Assembly: GCA_964648795.1 (NCBI GenBank)
Contig: CAZYMB010000002.1
Span: 131,643-195,642, forward strand
DNA length: 64,000 nt
Source of the DNA: an uncultured Acidimicrobiaceae bacterium
GTDB lineage: Bacteria > Actinomycetota > Acidimicrobiia > Acidimicrobiales > SZUA-35
Direction: 5' to 3'
Numbering within the stretch: position 1 is the first letter of the stretch; each line of letters starts with the position of its first letter. The translations under genes and the position numbers were made by a program. The notes under the pieces were generated by a model, which was not told where the DNA came from, made no database searches, and saw only the letters and a list, made by a program, of their open reading frames with translations. Below, piece after piece: positions 49,617-58,449 of the stretch.

Positions 49617-50302
49617 TGATAGTTAAAGCACTAGTAGCGAGTCTATTCTTTGGCATCTTCGTATTCGCCAGCCCTGTACATGCACAGAGTAACTGCGGAC
49701 CAGGACAAGTTAATCCCAATGCCTGCGAAAGTTTTAATGGGAGCGAAGAAGACCAAGCCGAGATAGCTGAAAGACTAGAAAATTTGGACGAAGAATTTTC
49801 CATACCCCAAGAGATTCCATCTCCAGTGATCGGTGGCGGTAATGACCAAGTAGGTTTACCACTTTTGCGTACCGTGCTTGGCTACCTTAAGTGGGTTGCA
49901 GGTATTGCAGGGCTTGGCGCATTCTTGTTGATTGGGCTTCAGATGTCTATTGGCCGACGCAATCGCTCAGCTTCGGCTGCCACAGCGTTAGGGGCGGCTC
50001 CTTGGGTTGCCGTAGGCCTAGTCTTAGTCGGTTTGAGTTCAGGTCTGGCTGAGTGGGTACTAGAAATAGCCCACCCTGACAACACCCGGGTAGCACCAAG
50101 TGTTCAAGAAGCTTTTGATGACTATCAATCTTGCCTGGAAATCGATGGCGCTAGTGAGCGTTCTGACTGCATAATCCAGTGGCGAGATGCGGACGGTTTC
50201 GGAGGCGGGATTAGGGAACAGGGCGCCCAATTTGCTGCCTGTGAGCTCATAGGTGATTCAGAAGAACGAGACATTTGCCACCTCAATAACAGCGGCCTCT
50301 AG
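49616..50302 (+). CDS. VirB2/TrbC-like protein (paralog 2) with signal peptide and Cys-containing N- and C-terminal extensions
   Basis: MIVKALVASLFFGIFVFASPVHAQ signal peptide, CGPGQVNPNAC, the core LKWVAGIAGLGAFLLIGLQMSIGRRNRS...PWVAVGLVLVGLSSGLAEW, and four Cys in the C-terminal 60 aa. Confidence 0.6.
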   Translation: MIVKALVASLFFGIFVFASPVHAQSNCGPGQVNPNACESFNGSEEDQAEIAERLENLDEEFSIPQEIPSPVIGGGNDQVGLPLLRTVLGYLKWVAGIAGLGAFLLIGLQMSIGRRNRSASAATALGAAPWVAVGLVLVGLSSGLAEWVLEIAHPDNTRVAPSVQEAFDDYQSCLEIDGASERSDCIIQWRDADGFGGGIREQGAQFAACELIGDSEERDICHLNNSGL

Positions 50303-50359
50303 GTCGAATGAATCATTAATTGAATAGGGGCTAGCTGACCTTTTCCTGAATAGGTCACA

Positions 50360-51898
50360 GTGGTACTCTTGTGTACATCGGCGGATATTGGAATAGGCGT
50401 GACAGAAACATCGGGTGAAGTAAGAACTTATGGCGGTTGGCGTCGTAAGCGCGGGCTTGGTCTATTCGGGTTGGGTCAAGTCGAGATGGGCGTAGCGTTT
50501 GTCGTACTAGCTGTGTTCTTCTGGGTACTAGTTTCGTTCAGAGTAATCCTTATCCCTATGGCCATAGTGACTGCAATCGTTATAGCTTCACTAATTCGCA
50601 TCGATGGTCTGCCTCTATGGTCCATAGTCAAACAAGAACTTAAACTTATTATGTCGGCTGCTCAAGGCGGCGGCCAGTTTGTATCAGGTTACTTCTCAAA
50701 CTATGCACAGGGCTCCGGCGCAAATCTTCCGGGGGCACTTGCTCCAACTAGAACGTTTGAGATAACAACTGACTCTGGCTCAAGCTACGGCGTTGTTTAT
50801 AATGATGCTTTAGAACATGCGACAGCAACCTGGCGAGTTCATCCTCATACTCCTCATTTAGCCGACCAAGCTCAGGTTGATACTTGGGTTGCTTCATGGC
50901 ATCAGTTCTTGGCGAGTCTTGGCTACATCGATCAGATATCGCATGTGGCTGTGACTGTGGCGACAGCAACTGAGCCGGGAGCGGTAGTCGCAGAGAATTT
51001 GATGGCTTCTCGAGCCGCTAATGCCCCAGCATTGGCGAAGGGCCTACTAGACGAGTTAGCCAGGCGAGAAACCGATGGAACTACTGTTTCTTCTACCTAT
51101 ATATCAGTAACATTTGACACTCGCTACGGGCCCGCTGGCCGTGAAAAGAATGCCGGGACCAGAATTGAACACGTTACTGGTCTGATAAGAGCTATGAACA
51201 GAGATATCAGAACATCTGGTTTGGCCTCAGCTACTCTGCTATCAGTCCCAGAACTGTCTGCGGTTACAAAGGGTGCCTTTGTTCCTTCTTTACGTAAGCC
51301 TTTAGTGGGGGCATTGCGAAGAGGTCAGACTGGACCGTTGCAATGGCATATCTCTGGACCAGGAAAAGCGGAATCTAATCGTTTCTACTACAGGCACGAT
51401 AACGCAATTACCACAGCCTGGACTATGCGAGAAGCTCCACGAGGGCATGTCACTGAAGATGTCCTATACAACCTTATGGCACCGGGTACGTTCCCGAAGC
51501 GAGTTACTTGGATGTGGAATCCTACCAAAGCCGATGATGCAGCAAGAATTCTTGAGACGGAAAGAACGTTAAGCGAAGCTAGACGGCTAGTTCGCGATCG
51601 AGGGCTGCGTGATGAAACAGCACGAGACGAATACGACCGTCAAATGACAGACATGGCAGCTGCTGATGAAGCCAGGGGTGCGGGCCTAGGAGACTTTACA
51701 ATTTTGGTTACAAACACAATCGAAGTGTCACCGGAGATTACAGAAGATCAGATTAACTCTCTGATCGATCAGGTCACTGTCGAAGTCGAGTCACGAGCGA
51801 AGCAGGCTCGTATGTTGTTGCGTCCAGCTTTCGGTTATCACGATTTAGTTCTTTTCAGCACTCTGCCAGCAGGCATCAACCCGGTGAAAGTTGGTTGA
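50360..51898 (+). CDS. VirB3-like TM hairpin fused to a soluble domain (resembles what I recall as the 'SCO6880 family'; possible VirB4 N-terminal-domain equivalent)
   Basis: YGGWRRKRGLGLFGLGQVEMGVAFVVLAVFFWVL...ILIPMAIVTAIVIASLI, then about 420 aa. The start is uncertain (50360 GTG or 50399 GTG). Confidence 0.5.
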   Translation: MVLLCTSADIGIGVTETSGEVRTYGGWRRKRGLGLFGLGQVEMGVAFVVLAVFFWVLVSFRVILIPMAIVTAIVIASLIRIDGLPLWSIVKQELKLIMSAAQGGGQFVSGYFSNYAQGSGANLPGALAPTRTFEITTDSGSSYGVVYNDALEHATATWRVHPHTPHLADQAQVDTWVASWHQFLASLGYIDQISHVAVTVATATEPGAVVAENLMASRAANAPALAKGLLDELARRETDGTTVSSTYISVTFDTRYGPAGREKNAGTRIEHVTGLIRAMNRDIRTSGLASATLLSVPELSAVTKGAFVPSLRKPLVGALRRGQTGPLQWHISGPGKAESNRFYYRHDNAITTAWTMREAPRGHVTEDVLYNLMAPGTFPKRVTWMWNPTKADDAARILETERTLSEARRLVRDRGLRDETARDEYDRQMTDMAAADEARGAGLGDFTILVTNTIEVSPEITEDQINSLIDQVTVEVESRAKQARMLLRPAFGYHDLVLFSTLPAGINPVKVG

Positions 51899-51900
51899 TA

Positions 51901-53769
51901 ATGGGTTTATTTAAGAAAAAAGAGATCGAAGTTGTAGAGACGAAGATTTATGGACCAGATGGACGCGTCTTGCCGCCATCTCCACATAACAGAGCTATCG
52001 TGCCAACCGAAGTTGTCGACTCCAATGCAGGGGCCGGACTTTCTAGAACTGCTCGTCCAATACATGGTGAATACCAAGAACAAAAGTCTGAGTACACCGA
52101 CGAAGGTATTAGGTCGGTTGCTCGTGGGTCTACAGGAACAAGAGTTGCTGCGGCTGGACCATTGGAGCCATCTGGCGAATCAAGTATTGGTAGTAGGAGC
52201 GGCGACTCTGGAAGACACGGTTACGTTCCTAACTTGAGCCTGTATACAGCACCAACTTCACAAGCCTGTGGTCTTTTCCCATTCGTAGTTGGTTCGGGTT
52301 CACCTAAAATTGGTGTTCCACTAGGACAACACGCGATCTTTGGTGAGACAATCTGTTTTGATCCGTTCTTTTGGCTTAGGGACAAAATTGTCACTAACCC
52401 CGGTGTATTCGTTATTGGACAACCCGGAATCGGTAAGTCGTCAACGGTTAAGCGCTTGCTCACAGGTATGGCAGGGTTTGGGCATCGGCCGTTAATCTTG
52501 GGCGACGTCAAACCAGACTACCCAGGGTTGATTCATGCTCTTGGTGGCCAAGTGATATCACTCGGGCGAGGTAAAGACCGACTAAACCCACTTGACAGCG
52601 GTCCGATCGCAGCAGCGGCTCGACGCTTAGAAGCCGCTGGTCTTCATGCCGAGGCGAAGAGACTAAACGAAGAGGCAAAGGGTAGACGTCTATCACTCTT
52701 AGTTGGGCTATGTCAGATTGGTCGCAAAGGCGAAGTTGTACAACCACACGAAGAAGTAATGCTGGCAAACTGCATCGAGTTTCTTGATAAGCGCGGCGTT
52801 GAATCTCCGCTTATCTCTGACGTAGTTGCGTTACTCCGAGATCCTCCGCTGGAGTTGGTTGAGGAATCTGGTTTCATCGTCGCTGGCCATCAGCGTCTTA
52901 CAACAGCTGCAGAACGGGCAATAGCCAATGAAGCTGGAGCAGAAATGAACGCACTGCAGCGGAGAGGCTTAACTGGCTTCTTGGATGCAGCTCAACCTGT
53001 ATTCCATACTCTCGAGTTGATGTTGAAGGGTTCTCTTCGAGGAATCTTTGATGGGCCTACCACGACGCCTATGGATTTAGATGCTCCGGCGATTGAAATT
53101 GATATTTCTTCTATCTCGTCGGTCGATGATGAGATGGGTATTTCGGCTTCGATGCTTGCGGTGTGGAGTTATGCATTCTCGACAGTAGATGCTGCATTAG
53201 AGTTATCAGATGCAGGTCTTATTCCGAGACGTAACTATGTTGCAGTCCTGGACGAATTGTGGCGAGCGTTACGTGGGTCTTCTGGGCTTGTAGACCGCAT
53301 TGACTCACTGACTCGTGTGAACCGCCAAAAGAGTATGGCTCAGATTATGGTCACTCACTCGTTGGCTGACCTTGAGGCTCTTTCGAGCGATAAAGACAGA
53401 GCTAAGGCAAAGGGTCTTATCGACCGCTCCGCAACGAAGTTGATTGGTGCTGTTCCTTCAAATGAGTTGGATGCGATTGCTGAACACGTTGGTGGATTAA
53501 CTCAGGCTGAACGCGACCTAGTTAGTAGTTGGACAGCTCCTGCTGATTGGAGTGGCGAGAGTATTCACCCTGGGATGGGACGTATGTTGATTAAGGCTGG
53601 TGAAAGAACGGGTCTGCCGGTTTCAGTATCGCTAACTGAAACAGAACTAAAGCTGTATGAGACGACCAATGTTGCTCAAGCGGCAAGAGAACACGAAGAT
53701 ATGACCCAACTTGGAAGCGGTCAGCGGCAGTTACCGCCGTCTCCGCCAGTCGCAGGAGGTTACAACTAA
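51901..53769 (+). CDS. VirB4-like T4SS ATPase (C-terminal ATPase module with disordered N-terminus)
   Basis: Walker A VIGQPGIGKSSTVKRL and Walker B YVAVLDELWRAL. ATG 51901 follows the upstream stop (TGATAATG). The ORF track starts at TTG 51895. Confidence 0.8.
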   Translation: MGLFKKKEIEVVETKIYGPDGRVLPPSPHNRAIVPTEVVDSNAGAGLSRTARPIHGEYQEQKSEYTDEGIRSVARGSTGTRVAAAGPLEPSGESSIGSRSGDSGRHGYVPNLSLYTAPTSQACGLFPFVVGSGSPKIGVPLGQHAIFGETICFDPFFWLRDKIVTNPGVFVIGQPGIGKSSTVKRLLTGMAGFGHRPLILGDVKPDYPGLIHALGGQVISLGRGKDRLNPLDSGPIAAAARRLEAAGLHAEAKRLNEEAKGRRLSLLVGLCQIGRKGEVVQPHEEVMLANCIEFLDKRGVESPLISDVVALLRDPPLELVEESGFIVAGHQRLTTAAERAIANEAGAEMNALQRRGLTGFLDAAQPVFHTLELMLKGSLRGIFDGPTTTPMDLDAPAIEIDISSISSVDDEMGISASMLAVWSYAFSTVDAALELSDAGLIPRRNYVAVLDELWRALRGSSGLVDRIDSLTRVNRQKSMAQIMVTHSLADLEALSSDKDRAKAKGLIDRSATKLIGAVPSNELDAIAEHVGGLTQAERDLVSSWTAPADWSGESIHPGMGRMLIKAGERTGLPVSVSLTETELKLYETTNVAQAAREHEDMTQLGSGQRQLPPSPPVAGGYN

Positions 53770-56012
53770 TGGTAGTACGCAATGATGTGGACTTTAAACG
53801 AAGAGGTCCACGGGCGGGCTTAGACTTCTCGTCTCAGCCACTCCCTTGGTTCTTCGTTTTCTCTGCTATTGGAATAGTGCTCATCCTATTTGTGGCGTGG
53901 GTAGCTGGCTGGGCTGCCGCATTACTTTCTGGAGTAGACGAAGGTCCTAGGTTTAACTTAGATCTTTTAGCGGCACTATTTACAGGTCGCTTTGCTTCCC
54001 AATGGCCAGGGGTGAACTCGATACTAATTACCGTTATTGCATTCATTCTCGCAGCGATTATGATTGCTCTGTTTTATGGTTTCTATCGACTAACAGTGGG
54101 CAAGTTCGGATACCAACCGAACGGGCTCGGCAACATTGATGATCTAAGTCAATTTACATTCAAAGAACGTTCTGAGCAGGCAGTCCGACTGCGTCCTCGC
54201 ACGCTTGCAGGAGTTGACCCAAAGTCGTTAGACCCGACTGAAGTGGGTATCCCCTTGGGAACCTGGCATGGCAAAGAAATCTATGCTGGCTTTGAAGATG
54301 TATCCATAGCAATCATGGCACCTCGTTCCGGTAAAACCTCGGCGCTAGGTGTGCCACAGATCTTGGCTGCTCCCGGCCCTGTAGTAGTTACTTCAAATAA
54401 GTCAGACATTTTTACGATCACGGTCGAGAAGCGTCAGAGAGACCATCCAAATGGAACTATCTGGGCCTTCGATCCTCAGGGTGTTGTTCAAGCGGAACCA
54501 AACTGGTTTTGGAATCCTCTAGGTCACGTTGAAGATTTCGACAGCGCGATGGAACTAGCCGAGATGTTTGTTGGTCGCAAAGGTGCAGACGATCAGGGCT
54601 CAGGTAACGCAGAGTTCTTCCAGTCCGCTGGTCGTAACTATCTTGCGTATCTCTTTCTGGCAGCGGCAGTGCCGACCAAAACCTCTCCTCCGGCAACACT
54701 TCGTGAAGTGGATGCGTGGCTAGATACCTCAGACCCTATCGATGCAATCTTTAGGTTGCAGGCAGCAGGTGAACTGAACCATGCTAAGGCGTTGAAATCG
54801 ACAGTAGATGGCCCGCCAGAAACAGTCGGTGGCATCATCGCAACAGCTCGTGATGCCGCAGTTGCGTTAAAGTCCGAGAAGATTATTCGTTGGGTTAGCC
54901 CAGGTGATGGGCGTGTCGAGTTCTCGGCCGAGAACTTTATCGATTCGGAAGATACTTTGTATCTCATGTCGAACGAAAAGTCGGCATCTGCATCTGCACC
55001 TTTGATTGCTGCCTTTGCTTCCCGAGTGTTTGACGTTGGTTCTGAGCAAGCCTCAAGACGGTACAAGATGCGGCTAGATCCACCCCTTGTTGCAGTGCTC
55101 GATGAGGCTGCCAATATTTGTAAAATTCCAGGTCTTCCTTCTGGTTATTCTCACTATGGTTCACGTGGAATCTGCGTAACAACTATCTTCCAGTCTTCGC
55201 ATCAGCCGGTGCGTGTTTGGGGCCAAAATGCGTGGAAGGAAATGTGGTCAGCGGCAACGATTAAACTAATTGGTCCTGGTATTGACGATCCTTCGTTTGC
55301 CGAGGAGCTGTCTAAGCTAGTCGGTGGAACCGACCAAGAGACAGGTACCTATCAGACCTCTAGTACAGGGTCGAGCTATTCGGTTTCCATGAGGCAAGAG
55401 CAAATTCTTGCGGCATCGGATATTCGAATTATCGAGAAGTCGAAGATGCTATTGCTAGCTACAGCAACTAAACCAGCGATGTTGGATCAGGTTCGCTACT
55501 ATCAGGGACCTCATGCAGATGAGTTAAATTCTGATGAGCAGCGTATTGCCGATCTTATTACGAGGAAGGCTACTGCTGCTGCCGAACAAGAAGCTGCTGA
55601 GAAGGCACAACTGCATGCCCAAGCTGAGCAGGCTGCATCAGCCAGAGCCTCAGAGGCAACTTCACGTATGTCAGGCGGCGCAAATGCTGCTGCATCGAAC
55701 TTAACGGGTGTGGCTGTAGGTACACCGCCTCCTCCTCCAGCTGAAAGTAGAGGAAGGCAACAAATTGAGTTACCAGATCACAGGTCGAGTGGAATAGCTG
55801 ATGGTATGGGAGCCTCGGAACTTGAGGATAGTGGGCTTGCTGATGAATTCTTTGACGATGGCAGAGATCAAGCTTTGGATCCTGAGTTTGTTGAGTTCAT
55901 TACGGGTGATGCTGCAACAAACGGCGATCCAGCTAGAAAGTTGCCGCCGCCTCCACCACCGAGTGCAACGGGACGACAAACAAATAATTCATATGAAGGC
56001 GAAGGGCAATAA
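53769..56012 (+). CDS. VirD4/TraG-like type IV coupling protein
   Basis: N-terminal TM helices, Walker A IMAPRSGKTSALGVP, Walker B LVAVLDEAANI, and a long A/E/P-rich tail with two PPPPP runs. Confidence 0.8.
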   Translation: MVVRNDVDFKRRGPRAGLDFSSQPLPWFFVFSAIGIVLILFVAWVAGWAAALLSGVDEGPRFNLDLLAALFTGRFASQWPGVNSILITVIAFILAAIMIALFYGFYRLTVGKFGYQPNGLGNIDDLSQFTFKERSEQAVRLRPRTLAGVDPKSLDPTEVGIPLGTWHGKEIYAGFEDVSIAIMAPRSGKTSALGVPQILAAPGPVVVTSNKSDIFTITVEKRQRDHPNGTIWAFDPQGVVQAEPNWFWNPLGHVEDFDSAMELAEMFVGRKGADDQGSGNAEFFQSAGRNYLAYLFLAAAVPTKTSPPATLREVDAWLDTSDPIDAIFRLQAAGELNHAKALKSTVDGPPETVGGIIATARDAAVALKSEKIIRWVSPGDGRVEFSAENFIDSEDTLYLMSNEKSASASAPLIAAFASRVFDVGSEQASRRYKMRLDPPLVAVLDEAANICKIPGLPSGYSHYGSRGICVTTIFQSSHQPVRVWGQNAWKEMWSAATIKLIGPGIDDPSFAEELSKLVGGTDQETGTYQTSSTGSSYSVSMRQEQILAASDIRIIEKSKMLLLATATKPAMLDQVRYYQGPHADELNSDEQRIADLITRKATAAAEQEAAEKAQLHAQAEQAASARASEATSRMSGGANAAASNLTGVAVGTPPPPPAESRGRQQIELPDHRSSGIADGMGASELEDSGLADEFFDDGRDQALDPEFVEFITGDAATNGDPARKLPPPPPPSATGRQTNNSYEGEGQ

Positions 56013-56416
56013 TGGAAGACTTTCTGATGGACTTTGAAGAAGATCAAAAAGATGAGGGTGGCTCGCTTTATGCAAGTACTGTTGACGAATTTGTGGAGAC
56101 GTTTATACGTGTCCACTATGAAACGCCAATATTGGACACATCTGGGGCCATCAGATGGTGTAATAGGTGGAAAGACCACCCACAAGCTATACTTATATTT
56201 GAGGGTCTGTGGCGTAGTTACGAAGAAGCTAGAGCCGCAGACATGGTTAATGCAGGCGGTCAAAGCACAATGAATTACTTGGTGGGACACTTCTATCCGA
56301 TGATGGATCGAATTACTGGTTCCTATGGTCCGTTCAAACGGTGTACTCCTGATAATTGCGCTGGCGCAGTGAAACTGGGAGAGGTTATTGACCCTGAGAG
56401 GTTAGTAGGTTACTAA
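56012..56416 (+). CDS. DUF4913-like protein
   Basis: LYASTVDEFVETFIRVHYE...IRWCNRWKDHPQAILIFEGLWRSYEEA matches my recollection of the DUF4913 pattern found next to actinobacterial coupling proteins. Confidence 0.55.
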   Translation: MEDFLMDFEEDQKDEGGSLYASTVDEFVETFIRVHYETPILDTSGAIRWCNRWKDHPQAILIFEGLWRSYEEARAADMVNAGGQSTMNYLVGHFYPMMDRITGSYGPFKRCTPDNCAGAVKLGEVIDPERLVGY

Positions 56417-57744
56417 TGGGACCAAGAGACGGAAGCATGTCTGCCGGAGGACCTTCGGGTCAAAGTTCTGGTGGGACAGCAGAAACACATGCAAGAGCTA
56501 TGTCTGCTTCACTTGAAAAGTGGAAGCCAATAGACTTCAATGCCACTCCGAGTGAAACAGCTGAGCTTGTCTTAGTAGAGGCCGAGGTAGCTCAATCGCA
56601 AGCACCACGTGGTTCGTCGAGACCAGAACCAGAAACTATTTGGGCAACCGTTGTAGATGGTGTCGAAGATAGCGCTCGAATAGAAGACGAGGCTGCTCGC
56701 GAGCAGTTCATCAATGATCTCACAGATCAACTGGCTTTTGAACTTGGATTAGAAGACGCAGAGAGATCTCGCCTTGGCGTAGACCTGAAAACGTTGGCGG
56801 TTACGGCCAAAGTTCTTGGTGCTCCTTTTGTTATTGGTTACATCGGTATCCAAGTTGCAGCATTCATTTCCGCAGAGGCCATGAATGACCCCGAGGGGAT
56901 CAACGTCTTTGATGCTAGCAAGCAGGTTCTAGGTGTTCTAGGAAAAGTAGCTTCAATTGTTACAGCCGTTTACTTACTGTTCAACAAGCTTCGAAGCCGA
57001 GATGAGAGTAAGCCCTCACTGACCAGAGATCAGTTGCGAGCTCTAATTGCTAGAGATATTGATAGCTATGTTGGCAACACGAATGCTGCTGCTGAAGCTG
57101 CCAGTAGAGGTGCTGGACGTAGCGATGGAAACGGGCCTGATAACGGCAATGGTCGTGATAGTGGTGGAAATGGTCGAGGACCTGGTGGACCCGGTGACCC
57201 AACTCCAGGTAGCCCTGGTGATGATGGGTTAGGCCAAGAGTGGCCCGGTCAAAACGTTGCGGATGCCACAGTAGAGTTCGTTGAAACTGACGCTGAGGTT
57301 GTCGATGCAGAAGTGATCGATGAAGATATTGAAGACCTCGATACTGCAGCATCTTATGCAACAGAATCGAATACCCGGAAAAATTCAGTGCCTGTTGATC
57401 TACGTCCTTTGGCTGACCAAGATGGTCCTTTAGGAACAAGCGCGGCTGATACAAATACCGAGCCTGGTCCGGTTATCGCTCCGAAGCATCGAGACGACAT
57501 AGTGATTGGTGAAGAAGTTCGAGATCTAACAGGGCAGACATACCCCGATGTTAAGCCAATGCTTGCATTGCCAGCGGCGGGAGAAACTAAGAGTGCATAC
57601 GGGCCAGATATGATAGTGGACCTGCTAGTAGAAAGTGCTAAGCGTGCTGAGGCGGCTAAAGGTAAAGGTCGAGGGTATGAAGCCGCAGTCGTCGCAGAGC
57701 AGTTTGGTACTGATCGTCAAGACGACTTCGGACTTACGGTTTAG
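56416..57744 (+). CDS. Hypothetical membrane protein with G/D/P/N-rich segment
   Basis: Two central TM helices (VLGAPFVIGYIGIQVAAFISA, VLGKVASIVTAVYLLF). Low-complexity segment GRSDGNGPDNGNGRDSGGNGRGPGGPGDPTPGSPGDDG. Confidence 0.5.
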   Translation: MGPRDGSMSAGGPSGQSSGGTAETHARAMSASLEKWKPIDFNATPSETAELVLVEAEVAQSQAPRGSSRPEPETIWATVVDGVEDSARIEDEAAREQFINDLTDQLAFELGLEDAERSRLGVDLKTLAVTAKVLGAPFVIGYIGIQVAAFISAEAMNDPEGINVFDASKQVLGVLGKVASIVTAVYLLFNKLRSRDESKPSLTRDQLRALIARDIDSYVGNTNAAAEAASRGAGRSDGNGPDNGNGRDSGGNGRGPGGPGDPTPGSPGDDGLGQEWPGQNVADATVEFVETDAEVVDAEVIDEDIEDLDTAASYATESNTRKNSVPVDLRPLADQDGPLGTSAADTNTEPGPVIAPKHRDDIVIGEEVRDLTGQTYPDVKPMLALPAAGETKSAYGPDMIVDLLVESAKRAEAAKGKGRGYEAAVVAEQFGTDRQDDFGLTV

Positions 57745-57746
57745 CC

Positions 57747-58445
57747 ATGAGTCGCTCCTTTCCGGGATCAAAGCAGATACTGCAGGACAAAGCTCGTATG
57801 GCTGACTTAACTCGTCGTATAGCGAGAGATCGTCACCAAGATGCGAAACAAGAGTTAGCTGATGCGAAGGCTGATCGTAGGCGCACGAATAAAGAAGCTA
57901 ACAGTGACTACAGGAAAGCTAAAGCGAGTGCTTTGACTCCAGCTGCCGAGAAGAAGGCTAAGGAAGAATTGAAGAGGGCTAAAACTAAAGCTAATGGGCA
58001 AGTGAAACTGGCTGATGCCAAGGTTGCTAAAGCGGGTGATCGGTCGGACAAGGCTAAAGAGGTTAAGAAATCGGCCAACGGAGATTTGAAGTCATATAAG
58101 AAACAGCGTCGCGAGAAGGTTTTGGATGCTGGTGCAACCTTTATTGGCAAGCCAGCTGGTGCAGCACTTGGTGCAATGGGGCTGAAAGGCTCGAACGATA
58201 AAGGGCTAACCGATTTGATTAGTGGAGCGCTTGATAGTACTGAGGATGCTGCGCAGGGTATTACGGTGAGCGATGGTCTTGAGAGTATGCAAGATGTTGG
58301 TAAGGGAGCTCTAAAAGTTGGTAAGGCAGGCTTTGATTTAACAAAGGCGGCAATTAAGGGTGGCAAAATGCTTGTTAACCCAGCGAGTTTGGTTACGGGC
58401 CTTGCTGACAAGGTGATATCAGTCTTAGAAGGAACAAGCAGGTAG
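57747..58445 (+). CDS. Hypothetical Lys/Ala-rich coiled-coil protein with Gly-rich C-terminal half
   Basis: AKQELADAKADRRRTNKEANSDYRKAKA...KKAKEELKRAKTKA. No TM is obvious. Confidence 0.45.
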   Translation: MSRSFPGSKQILQDKARMADLTRRIARDRHQDAKQELADAKADRRRTNKEANSDYRKAKASALTPAAEKKAKEELKRAKTKANGQVKLADAKVAKAGDRSDKAKEVKKSANGDLKSYKKQRREKVLDAGATFIGKPAGAALGAMGLKGSNDKGLTDLISGALDSTEDAAQGITVSDGLESMQDVGKGALKVGKAGFDLTKAAIKGGKMLVNPASLVTGLADKVISVLEGTSR

Positions 58446-58449
58446 GGCT

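Noticed and set aside
54638-55114. Antisense ORFs inside the T4SS-like genes: 54638-55114, 55868-56290, 57908-58411, 58795-59136, 52221-52768 and 57050-57454.
   Set aside because: Each is fully embedded opposite a plus-strand gene that shows Walker motifs or operon coupling. No independent signals were seen.
55157-55172. A parS-like sequence, TGGTTCACGTGGAATC, inside the VirD4-like gene.
   Set aside because: It matches only 12 of 16 positions of the consensus and lies within coding sequence. This is compatible with chance around a CACGTG core.
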